From assembly GCA_030324005.1 (NCBI GenBank), contig JARDVH010000059.1, positions 62,294,501 to 62,358,500 of the forward strand: a stretch of 64,000 nucleotides of DNA, written 5' to 3'. The stretch's first letter is position 1. Each line of letters begins with the position of its first letter. The position numbers and the translations under genes were made by a program. Below the pieces are notes generated by a model, which did no database searches, was not told where the DNA came from, and saw only the letters and a list, made by a program, of their open reading frames with translations. This DNA is from Negaprion brevirostris. Its lineage: Eukaryota. Shown here piece by piece: positions 1 to 11,404 of this stretch.

Positions 1-1369
1 CAGAATGCATAATTTCCTTATTGAGATATCTTTGTGCGCGCGAAAATTAAGTTGACCACATCATTTTTTTTCTTTTCCTTCCTGTTGGGAAACCTCTGCA
101 ACAGATGGCCGAGCTGAGATTGGAATGTCACCATTAAGAGAACTGAACACATACCACATCCCACTGTATTAGTGCGCAGACTCACTGGCAGCAGTTTATT
201 TTTGTATTATCACCTACTTTGCTATCAGTATTTTCTAAAGAGTTTGAGTCCAGAATCCATTGGTTGGCTTTATGGGAAGTACGTTGTCCCTTTCACAAAG
301 ATACTCGTAATAGATAATGGTGTAATGATTTTTCAGTTTGACTTAACTGACTGAGCAGAATGAGCTGTATGCTAAGTGACCCAGACGAAACTTAATTTAC
401 ATGTTGTTATTATTTGTTGCTACTTTAATTGACAGTTGTTTGATTGCCATTTGAATTACATAATTATGTCTTCAGTGACTCCAACTAAAAATTGTATTGC
501 AGTTTTGCTGTGCTACTAATCTTTCTTGTGCATGCACCCACTCTCGCTTGCTCTCCTGTGGTTATACGCACTGACTCACGTTTGTTCTCACTTTCACAGC
601 ATATTCCATCTTCTCCTTGGGCATGCACCTGCAACTGCACTTCCAACATTGTCTTTGCGTCTCTCTTTTGCCGTTGAATTCATGCATGTCACCACCCTGC
701 TTTTGCCTCACTTCCACCCCTTCTAAATGATAGTGTGTATGGGTATCCCTTCTCTTGTGCACATCTTCCTAGACTCACGCATTTATGCTCTTTTTTTTCA
801 GTTCTCTCCTTTTCGTGCCAGCTCTCCAATGGTGAGTTGCACTTGGCGGGGGGGGGGGATTGTGATGGCGTGATTCATGCTTTTTACATCCTGTCAGTAG
901 AAGATTTCTGTTTTTCTCTGTCAACTCGCATGATTGCACCCAGAGTTTGTCACAATTTTTAGCACAATAATACACTTGGCTACCAGTGGACTCTGCAATA
1001 GTAACTAAAGTAACCAGGCTGCTTACGTTACTCCGGTAACTTCAGTACCCTGTTGGTACTATCATCACTGGCTAATACGTGCACTTTGAATCTGAAACTA
1101 ATGTCTAGCCAGTATGGCTGATATCAAATGTTTGCAGACTGACAGCAGCCTACTTTCAAAAGGAAGATTTGGCAAGGAAAGTATAGTCCAGGACCAAGTT
1201 AATTTTCAGAGTATCACCCCACCCATGGATGGCATCTTGTGAACCTTGGATCTTGTGCCAAAACTCCCATCAGTAGGTTTCAGGATAGCCACGACAAAAA
1301 AGTCCACTAACTTGATAGTTGCTTAACACAAGTGGATAATTTTCACAAGACCAATGGCTTTATTTGAAT

Positions 1370-1700
1370 AATTTGGATAATGAAAGGATGTTTCCCTTGC
1401 AGGAAAGATTAGAACTAGGGGACACAGTTTAAAAACAAGGATTCTCCCATTTAAGATGGAAATGAGAAAACATTTTTTGAATGGTTGAGTGTCTTTGGAA
1501 CACTTCCTGAGAGCTGTGAGGGCAGGGTCATTTAATGTTTTTAAGGCAGAGAGAGATTGACACCCATGTTAGTTAAAAATCAAAGGTGGTTGGGATAAGT
1601 GGAATATGGAGTTGAGGCCACAATTTCAGCCCTGATCTTATTGAATGGTGGAGCAGGCTTGAGGGGCTGAATGGCCTACTAATTCACATGTTTGTATGAG
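1370..1700 (+). mobile_element. CR1/HER1-type LINE 3' fragment
   Basis: Typical CR1 3' end: agaactaggggacacagtttaaaa...tgatcttattgaatggtggagcaggcttgaggggctgaatggcctact. Confidence 0.8.
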
Positions 1701-1930
1701 TACTTGGGTCAGGTGCAGAAACTATATTCCAATAAAAAGCCTAATGAATGAGGAGCAATTTGGTGAGGGGAAAACAAATGTGAATTTGAGCATATCCATG
1801 AAGAAAGAATTACTATTCATGAATGGTTTAGGGAGAAGTCTCAGAAATATTAAGATTATAAAAGAGGCAGAATGCATGCTTACAATTTTTTTAATGGCTT
1901 CTGTCTGTTTTTTTCCAGCATTGCTTTTTA

Positions 1931-2180
1931 AGAACATAAGAAATAGGAGCAGGAGTAGGCCATCTAGCCCTTCGAGCCTGCCCCGCCATTCAATAAGANN
2001 NNNNNNNNNNNNNNNNNNNNNNNNNNNNNNNNNNNNNNNNNNNNNNNNNNNNNNNNNNNNNNNNNNNNNNNNNNNNNNNNNNNNNNNNNNNNNNNNNNTG
2101 CTGCACCTGCAGGCTGGGTTTTTGCGACTCATGCACAAGGACCCCGAGGTCCCTCTGCACCGTCGCCTGCTGCAGCTTTT
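1931..2180 (-). mobile_element. Young CR1-type LINE spanning an assembly gap
   Basis: Reversed 3' tail agaacataagaaataggagcaggagtaggcc before the gap; QRDLGVLVHE-type ORF2 piece after it; CpGs retained; near-identical inverted copy at ~59235-59275. Confidence 0.8.
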
Positions 2181-2309
2181 TGTTCTGCCTTGGATTCCAC
2201 TTGACACTTTTGTAGCTAGGATATTGATCAAAGAACTATTCAGCTACTGTGACTGAACAGTTGGTTAAAATTTTGAAGCAGGAAATGGGTTCGAAGTAGA
2301 CAATTATTG

Positions 2310-2500
2310 AAATAAAAATTAAATTACTGTAGATGCTGAAAATCTAAAATAAAAACAATGCTGGAAAAGCTCACGTCTCACTGCAGCAGTGGAGTGCAAA
2401 ACAATGTTTTTGAATCTGCACGGCTCTTCTACAGTGCATAGAACATTGTTACATTTGTTTGCTGCTGATGACTTATACTCCAGTGCTATACTCTTTTTAC
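2310..2500. mobile_element. Degenerate palindromic Penelope-like repeat
   Basis: actgtagatgctgaaaatctaaaataaaaacaatgctggaaaagctca..., same family as 46235-46451. Confidence 0.6.
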
Positions 2501-3849
2501 AAGCAAATTTCAACTGACTATTTAAAGCTGTTTTTCATCAGTGTACATTTCATCAATATTCAGATGGTGGGTTGGCAATAAAGCTAATGCAGAATTGTAT
2601 AGTTTGCAGCCCAAAATAATTTGTTGCCATGAACTCATACAAGTTTAAATAATCAACTTAGCCTGGCCTTTAAAGGTGTGTGTAATTTTGAAAATACAGA
2701 AAAATATTAACTGATCAGTACTTGTTTCTTATTTCCAAATGTTTAGTAAATGTAATTCTTAAAAACTTGGCCACTTTCTTGGAACTAGTTCACTAATAGC
2801 ACTTTGAATTTTATATGCGCCTAGATTTTGTGGAAAATTTTCACAAATATTGCTTTTCACTATATTCTTTTAAAAAGAAAATCTAGTATTCTAAAGAGTG
2901 TTGAATATTGAATTTCCTCTTGATTAGAGCCTCAACCTTGGCTAATCTAGACTAGGATTGTGCAGTTAGTTTTGCTGTCAGATAAAGAGTAAAAATGAAT
3001 TAAATGCACATGACTGCTTGGTTACAGCAGATTTGGGAACTGCCTTGATGTGAGTCATTGTTCTTGGAAGAAAATTTGGGGATGGGCAGGTCTCCAATTA
3101 AAGGCTCTTTGTTAACATTGCTCTACTTTCTATTATCCTTTGGTTTTAATCAGCTGACAATTCCTGTAACTCACTTTTTTCTTGCTTTCATCCTTTTGTA
3201 TTCTGAATTTTGCTCTGTTTCTTTGTCTCATCTTTCGGTTGTTAGTGTTCATCAGAACACTGTACTCCCCCCAGCCCCTCATCTGTTTAAAATCCTGTGT
3301 TAAATGGTGATTAACATTGGATGGAGTGGTGAACTGTTTGGATTAGGTACTAATGGTGGAATTGGAACTGGATTAACCTTGATTATTATTGTAATTCTTC
3401 AAATTCTTTCACATTAACTGTAACTGTGAAATTTAGTGGGCAGCGTGAAGGGGCAGTTTTGCTCTGCTGTTGATAATCAAAAATGTATTCTTACTAGCAT
3501 ACTCTTTTAGATAAACAATACAAAGTTAAACTGTATCCTTTTATGTTTCTCAAATCTGGAGAAATAAGTATAATGTGATAAATTAGTAGCACTGCTCCTT
3601 TACTTTTCAGGTGAGTAGTTCTCATGATGCTCAATTTGGTGAGTAGTTAGTTTTATTAAAAAAAACAAGCAGGGCTATTTTGGTTGTAATTTTTTAAATG
3701 ACAAATTGTGCCAGGGAGTTATTTTACAGATACAATGTATTTAATCAAAAAATCCTCATTTACAGAGATACTTTCTGAAACCCTGAATTTCAATCCAAAA
3801 ATGGAAGTGTAGTTTTGAAGATCCAAAATGTTCTCTTTGCAGTACATCA

Positions 3850-3932
3850 CAGAAACATAGAAAATAAGAGCAGGCATAGGCTATTTAGCCTATCATGCCT
3901 GCTGTGCCAGTTAATGTGATCATGGCTGATCT
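3850..3932 (-). mobile_element. CR1/SINE 3' tail fragment
   Basis: agaaacatagaaaataagagcaggcataggctatttagcc...catggctgatc. Confidence 0.65.
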
Positions 3933-4654
3933 TTAGTTGAGAAAAAAATTAGTCTGTGGATAAGTAGTCATGTTAACTTTTTTTTTAAATGGTGTTGAAG
4001 ATTAGTCAGAAAATTCTTGCATCATTCTTGGTCCTGAGAAGTATTGTTTAACAACTTTCTCCTCTTCACTCCCACAATTCTGAGGGACCTGACCAAGCTA
4101 TTCATTATGCTTTACTTGATCAAAGCTTCCAGCATTTCAACCAGTTCCTAAACCTCTTTCTTCTCCTCTACAACATGACATCCAAGTGGCAGTGATTCAC
4201 AGATTATATTATGAGAGTTATGCAGTACAAGTGACTAGCACATATAGTTAATGTGGGCCTGAATATATTACTGCACACTAATGTAAGATAACACAGGACC
4301 TGGACAGAGCCAAGTGCACAAGGAGCATGGAAACAGCTTACTAGTTTGAGCCCTTTACTCTGCATATGTAGTTCTTGGAGTTAACCTACTTAACCTGAAA
4401 GGTTTGAGAGCTGATATGCAGAGGAAAATTGCTCAGAAAGCTCCCGAAAAAGGCTTTGAAGTTGAAGGTAGAAATTCCTCACTGCAGCAGAAGACTCCAT
4501 TCGAATTCTTGAAAATCCAGCTTCAATTGCGAGAGTGCAGTGTCAGCAGACATAACAGGGGTGAGCTAAAACTTTTAAATAACAGAATAAAGCAATTCCT
4601 GAGAAATTTTAAGTAGTTCAGTGGTCAGAAACTGCTGTTTAAAAGCTCAGAGCT

Positions 4655-5005
4655 CTTGCTCTGACCAAGACCGCAAGAGGCTACAAAGAGTGGTGAATGT
4701 AAATCAGCCTCCCATCCATTGATTCCATCTACACTTACTCCATGCACTTCAGACATACTCTAATACAAAGGTCTGAAAACATGTACCAACTGACTCAAAA
4801 ACAGATTCTTCCCTGCTGCCATCAGACTTTTGAGCGGTCCTATCATTAAGCTGATCTTTCTCCTCACCCTGTTGGTAACTGCAACACTATATTCTGCACC
4901 CTATCCTTTCCTCCTTCCCTATGTACTCTGTGAATGATATGTTTTGTCTGTATAGCTCACAAGAAATAACACTTGTATCCCAACACATGGCAATAATTCA
5001 ATTCA
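4655..5005 (+). mobile_element. Rex-Babar-type LINE 3' fragment
   Basis: Similar to copies at 6110-6850 and 31557-32555 (caagaccgcaagaggctacaaagagtggtgaa...ttcttccctgctgccatcagactttt). Confidence 0.75.
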
Positions 5006-5465
5006 GTTGGAAAAACCAGATTTTCAAATCAGTGTTTGAACATGTAGCATCTGAGCTTGCTCCAAAAAAGGAGGGAATGAGATCTCTTAATTAATTTGGA
5101 AGAATTGCAACTAAAGAGTTGACTTTAAAGACCAGCGAAGGTCAGGTTTCAATGCTTCTGTGACCCCTAAAACATAGCATTGAAATAGTGAAGTCTGCAG
5201 CTAGATGACACAAGCAGCCATTGTTTAAAGTTTTTTCAAGGATAATCGCAAGAGCCATTGCAGAGGGAACCCCCCAAAATTGGCATGCGTGGATAAACCC
5301 TTTGTCTTCAAATGGATGGTGGCACCAATTTCCATTAAAGCAGTTTCTTAAAGTTGAACTCACACTCTAAATCTGCTCTTCTAGATCAACCAGGACTTGT
5401 GTAGCATCAATCATATAATTGGGAACTTTGGGGGGGACAAAAACTTTTGATACAAAGAAGCAGAA

Positions 5466-5566
5466 ACTCTGAAGAAGTCGTAGAAACTCAAAATGTTAAC
5501 CCAGTCACGCTCTCCATAGATATTGCCAAGCCTGCTTGAATCTTTCCAGTATTTTCTGTTTTTATT
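5466..5566. mobile_element. Half copy of the palindromic Penelope-like repeat with a decayed hammerhead core
   Basis: ctgaagaagtcgtagaaactcaaaatgtt...tttccagtattttctgtttttatt. Confidence 0.6.
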
Positions 5567-6109
5567 CCTTAGATATATGATTGCTTAAAGACTGAAACTG
5601 AACAAATTAACACTGCTTTATTTGTTAAGCCCTGCAATGGGCAAAATTACTGCTAGACAATAAATTAACGCTTCGTCTGCTCAATTGAATAATTTTAGTA
5701 CTTCATTGTTTACTTTAACTTCCTTGAAAGGGCTATGTTTAATAAGCAGGTCAGGAGAACCTGTCAACTCATTCATTGTTAATTTGTACAGGATAGCTGA
5801 AGGTTATGATTACGGAGACCTAAAATCTGAACTTGATGGGTAAAGTACTTCCATGAGTAGTGAACAATGCATTCTTAAAAATGCAGCAAGTAAAGGAAGA
5901 TCTAACTCAAGGAAGCTTTCCAGATTGTTGGCAATCTGAACTCCATATCGCAGAATAGGCCCATTTTAAGAGGGAAAAGTAAACTGTGGTACAAAGGAAA
6001 TCTCACAATCCAGTTAATTAAACAGCACAAAAACAGAAACCCTCCAGATNNNNNNNNNNATGACCATGCCAGTGCTGCGGAGCAAGGCACCCCACAGCAA
6101 GATCAATGT

Positions 6110-6850
6110 CCTGAACAAGATAGAGAACCTAGTGAACTGATGCGACAACAATTATCTCTCCCTCAGTGTCAACAAAATGAAGGAGATTTTCATCGACTTC
6201 AGGAAGCATAATGGAGAACGTGCCCTGTTTACATCAATGGGAACGAAATAGAAACGGTCAAGAGCTTCAAGTTTTTAGGTGTCCAGATCACCAACAACAT
6301 GCTGACACTATAGTTAAGAAAGCTCAGCAACAGAAGTGCCTGGAAATTTGGCATGTCACCTACGACTCTGTCCAACTTTTACAGGTGCACATAGCAAGCA
6401 TTCTTTCTGGTTGTATCATAGCTCAGTATGGCTCAAGACTGCAAGAAACTACAAAAGGTCGTGAATGCAGCTCAGTCCATCAGGCAAGTCAGCTTCCCGT
6501 CCACTGACTCTGTCTGCACTTCCCACTGTTTCAGCAAAGCAGCCAGCATAATTAAGGACCCCACGCACCAAAACAATCTCACTTCCACCACTTTCCATCA
6601 GGAGAAAGATACAAAAGTCTGAGGTCATGTGCCAACAGATGCAAGAACAGCATCAACCCTGCTGTCATCAGACTTTTGGATTTACCCTGCATTAAGTTGA
6701 TTTTTCTCCACCCCCCAGCTATGACTGTAACACTGCATTTGGCACACTCTCATTTCCTTCTCTGTGAATGATATGCTTTGTCTGTATAGCGCGCACAAAA
6801 CAATACTTTCCACTGTACGCTAATGCATGCGACAATAGTAAATCAAGTCA
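6110..6850 (+). mobile_element. Rex-Babar-type LINE 3' fragment (decayed RT C-terminus)
   Basis: Frameshifted DNNYLSLSVNKMKEIFIDFRK, SFKFLGV and QDCKKLQKVVNAAQSI segments; tail aatagtaaatcaagtcaa. Confidence 0.85.
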
Positions 6851-6944
6851 ATTTCAGACCAGTGTTTTCAATGTAACAGAATTGGACACTTCAGCAAACG
6901 GTGCAAGGCCAAAACATCTAAAAGCACAGTAGATCCGAAGATGA

Positions 6945-7280
6945 TTCATGATTCATAGAATCACTGCAGTGCAGAAGGAGGCCATGTGGCCCATCGAGTC
7001 TCACCAACAATCCCACCCAGGTCCTAACCCCATAACTCCACATTTTCCCTGCTAATCGCGCTAACCTACTCATCCTTGGACACTTACGAGCAATTTAGTA
7101 TGCCAGTCAACCTAACCCAAACATTTTTGGACTGTGGGATGAAGCCGAAGTACCTGGAGGAAGCCCACTAGGCACGAGGGGAATGTGCAGACTCCGCACA
7201 GACAGTGACCCACGCCAGGAATCGAATCCAGGTCCCCGGAGCTGTAAGGCAGCAGTGCTAACCACTGCCACCAATTCGCC
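6945..7280 (-). mobile_element. HE1-type tRNA-derived SINE
   Basis: Reverse copy with Pol III B box (ggaatcgaatcc) and head gcagcagtgctaaccactg; CR1-derived tail catagaatcactgcagtgcagaaggaggccat. Confidence 0.85.
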
Positions 7281-7287
7281 ACTTAGA

Positions 7288-7400
7288 CTTCTGCAGTTCA
7301 AGAAGCAACTCACCACCACCATCTCGAAGGCAATTAGAGATGGGCAATAAAATTGCTGGGCTAGTCAGCAAGGCCTATGTCCCTTGAAAGAATTTTCAAA
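7288..7400 (+). mobile_element. LINE 3' tail fragment (family of 17950-21260)
   Basis: ctgcagttcaagaagcaactcaccaccacc...gatgggcaataaaattgctgg. Confidence 0.65.
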
Positions 7401-8787
7401 GAAGGTTGAGACTGTGTACTAAGAGGACACATGGCTATACATCTTGTGAGATCAAAGATTTTTGTTTTGGAATGCAGGCATTTTGTTTAACAGCCACTTC
7501 TCAAACTTAAAATTAGACACTGGAGCCAGAGTTGTGGTGCCATTGGACAAAGCTGTGGCTGAAACACACCAGTCTATAGGCCTTGTAGAATCCAACTTCA
7601 AGTCAGAGGTATGATTCTAGAGCCACTAAGATATGATGAAAAAAATAATGTTGGAGCTAATGTACGTCATCTGTAGCCAACCCTTTTCTCATGAGCAGAG
7701 ATGCCCATGTAGCTCTGAATCTCCTCAAAACTGCAGATGTCAAGACAACACTGTCGTAAATTACATGAACTGCAGGCTCTCCAGAGCTCAAATGAGAAAG
7801 GATATCCTGAGGAGAACTTCAGCACCAAACTGTCTCCTCTCTTTGCAGAACAGGTTTGTCCACTTTTGTTATCGGTCTTAGAAAATCTTATTGTTCAGAC
7901 CAGCCAACCACTCAGGCAGCTAGCACAAATAGATGAATAGACAAAAAGCAACCAACAACTAGAAGAACCTCATCCTCCAGCTCTGCAGCTGTTTAGATGG
8001 TAACACTGCAACCACAGAGCAAACACTGCAGTACCCAGCCAACATGACAGTGCTGCAAACCATGCTGGAACAATTCATTGCCAATAGTATACCACATAGC
8101 CAAACTTTCAAAGATGACCTTACTAAATAGCCACATTCTCATAACAGGAAAGATCATCTTTTGCCATGGAGGACATTGCAATGACCCACACAACAAAAGA
8201 GGAGGGAAAAAACAACATGGAGATGATCACAGTGTTTGTTCACCCTGCGAGAAATGGGATGAAATAGCAATCGCCTATCACAATTGTCGAGTCAACAGAG
8301 TAGCCAAGGAATGGAAAACGAGGCTGGAAAGATACTCAGATGCTGGGACAATCTCCAAATTGCAGAGTTTACCTGCAACAACAGAGCATACCATTTCTCT
8401 GTCAAACCAGATATGGTATGGTTTTGAAGGCCTCAATACTGCCTGAACCCTTGAACTCAAGAGATTTAAAGGGGGAGGTGGGATAGTAATAATGATATAA
8501 AAGCATGGTGTAAACTAGAATAACTTGAAATACATTGGTTAAAGACTTAGGAGTTTCAGTATAAGTGTCTGACACACACAGGGTTAGCACTGAGACTTGA
8601 ATACAGTACCATCCACACAGTGATTTAAGAGAACACATGGTTTTCACCTGAGGATCAGTCTAAAGTTGGACAGAGCCATGTGAGCAAGAAAGAACCCTCC
8701 CACGCCTCATGTTTCATCAACTTTGATACAGAATCCACATCTTGTAGCTTCTCTTAATTTCTCTACTCATTTCCCGCTGCTCATCTT

Positions 8788-8954
8788 GATGTGGAGATGC
8801 TGGTGTTGGACTGGGGTAAACACAGTAAGAAGTCTCACACCACCAGGTTAAAGTCCAACAGATTTATTTGGTAGCACAAGCCACAGGTACAGACTTAAGA
8901 CTTGATTACCTGTAAACACTCGCATTCCAACCATTATCTTGTAAATTGAGTTTG
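8788..8954. mobile_element. Penelope-like element terminal fragment next to a 730-N gap
   Basis: gatgtggagatgctggtgttggactggggtaaacacagtaagaagtctcacaccaccaggttaaagtccaacag, recalled as a common shark Penelope-like terminus. Confidence 0.65.
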
Positions 8955-11404
8955 NNNNNNNNNNNNNNNNNNNNNNNNNNNNNNNNNNNNNNNNNNNNNN
9001 NNNNNNNNNNNNNNNNNNNNNNNNNNNNNNNNNNNNNNNNNNNNNNNNNNNNNNNNNNNNNNNNNNNNNNNNNNNNNNNNNNNNNNNNNNNNNNNNNNNN
9101 NNNNNNNNNNNNNNNNNNNNNNNNNNNNNNNNNNNNNNNNNNNNNNNNNNNNNNNNNNNNNNNNNNNNNNNNNNNNNNNNNNNNNNNNNNNNNNNNNNNN
9201 NNNNNNNNNNNNNNNNNNNNNNNNNNNNNNNNNNNNNNNNNNNNNNNNNNNNNNNNNNNNNNNNNNNNNNNNNNNNNNNNNNNNNNNNNNNNNNNNNNNN
9301 NNNNNNNNNNNNNNNNNNNNNNNNNNNNNNNNNNNNNNNNNNNNNNNNNNNNNNNNNNNNNNNNNNNNNNNNNNNNNNNNNNNNNNNNNNNNNNNNNNNN
9401 NNNNNNNNNNNNNNNNNNNNNNNNNNNNNNNNNNNNNNNNNNNNNNNNNNNNNNNNNNNNNNNNNNNNNNNNNNNNNNNNNNNNNNNNNNNNNNNNNNNN
9501 NNNNNNNNNNNNNNNNNNNNNNNNNNNNNNNNNNNNNNNNNNNNNNNNNNNNNNNNNNNNNNNNNNNNNNNNNNNNNNNNNNNNNNNNNNNNNNNNNNNN
9601 NNNNNNNNNNNNNNNNNNNNNNNNNNNNNNNNNNNNNNNNNNNNNNNNNNNNNNNNNNNNNNNNNNNNNNNNNNNNNNNNNNNNGAGGGGATAAACTTTT
9701 GGAATTAGTTTATTTATTGGTTAAACAGTTTTTCATAAGCAATTTCTCAAAAATCATTTCAACTTGCATAATATTATTCTAGCTGGTACATTCTTGGTAT
9801 GCTTCGCTTTGGTTAGATAGTGAAAGTTATATTATTGGCACAAGATGGCTGTATGTTGCTAGATAGTGTGGCAGCCTGAGATGAAGGTGACACATCGTTC
9901 CTAGCAGGTGCTATCAAAAAATATAACCACATAGGTTGCTGTAGGTACTGTTAACAAGTATTTGAGCTACATATTTGTAAACATACCTGTGACTTTTTTT
10001 GTAGCACTGGTGTATTCAAACACTTTGTCTTCACCAAAAAACTTAAAAATCATGTCCTATTTTGTTAAATAATGCTAATGTAATGTCATTTTTTTTTTAG
10101 AAATGGCAAAACCTGTTTTTCACAATGGTTTTATGAAAATCTATTAATGTGCATGAAAAGATTACTGTTTGGCATGTGACATTAGACCTGTAATATGTTC
10201 ATCTTGAGTAATATTTTCACTTTGTTTCAATATAAGTGAAATGAATAACCCAAATGAATACATTTCAAATTTTAAGCAGAGATTGTGGATTACTGCATTG
10301 ACTTTATCAGATATTGGGTTTCATAGGAGCAATGTTTCTGTTTCAGATTTGAATATTTTTGTAACAAAATAGTTTGTGGTATAACTACTCCTGTATGGTA
10401 TTAATGGTGGAATATTTTTGTGACTTCAGTATGTTGCTAAGTAGAGGCAGCTTGAGATGAAGGTGACTCATCACCAGGAGGTGCTCTGTCAACCTTAACA
10501 ATGGGTTATCAGATTAAGCCTTTCTTGGTATGTGCAGCATTGTGTTGCTACTGAGTGATTGGCCAAAAGTTTCATCGGTGTTTGCTTTTGTGTCAGAAAC
10601 TATAATAGGCCTATAATATTGTTGTTATCCTACTGGAGTTTCTAAAATTCATGTTGGATATTGACTTTGAAATGCAAACTTTTAATTCATGATAACTGAA
10701 TATCATAAGTCTGTTTATGAAAAGTCTGTTTGAACAAAGCATGGCAAAACATGGTAATTTGATAGTTACTGAGTTTGCAGCAGCCTCTATAGGGATTTAA
10801 TTCTGTTTGGCCTGATATTAATGCCTTTCCTTTCTGCTAAGTGATACTCAGATAAATAAATATGTTGGATGGTATTAAATTACAACACAACATATGTGCA
10901 CATTTCTCATTGCCTCATAAGCAGAAGTATTGCATCTGCTGTTTCCAACAGTGAATCTCTTGCTTTGTGTCCCAGTGTACTGGTCATGAAAGTAGGAGAG
11001 TGGAGATGATGCCATCGGCACAGATGCATTCCAAGTCCAATTAGTTCATACCTTTATTTCTTTGGAGTACATTACCTTTGCAAAGCTAACTGAATATTTA
11101 ATTCTTGAATCACCCTTATAAATAGAAATTGCAGTAATTCCGTTTCGAAGCTTAAACCTTCAATGCGAGAAAACCACTCTTCATTGCGTTCCCTCATGAC
11201 ATTTCTACAGAGAGCACTTCTCCATTCATTACATGGGATTACTGTGATCGATGCAATCAGTAGTGGGAAACCAAGAGATCAGAATGTTAATTTGTGTCAA
11301 CACAAGGATGAAGTCTGGATCAGTCTCAATAATCCATTTATCCATTCCCAAAGAGGGAAACTGATGAATTTCTATCTATAAGATGCAGAAGTTGCTCTAT
11401 ACTT

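Noticed and set aside
6945-7280. tRNA-like A/B boxes
   Set aside because: These are SINE heads; no complete cloverleaf tRNA gene was seen.
8946-9782. Long ORFs in the ORF track (also 1696-2256, 59130-59522, 62893-63846)
   Set aside because: They are long only because they read through N runs.
9877-9886. TGAGATGAAG equals the first 10 nt of miR-143-3p (also in copy 2)
   Set aside because: The rest of the mature sequence and the precursor do not match, and there is no neighbouring miR-145; probably coincidence.
9862-9886. Coding microexons ending in GAGATGAAG|GTGAC in motif copies 1 and 2
   Set aside because: No pyrimidine tract, weak donors, and in-frame stops in the required phase.
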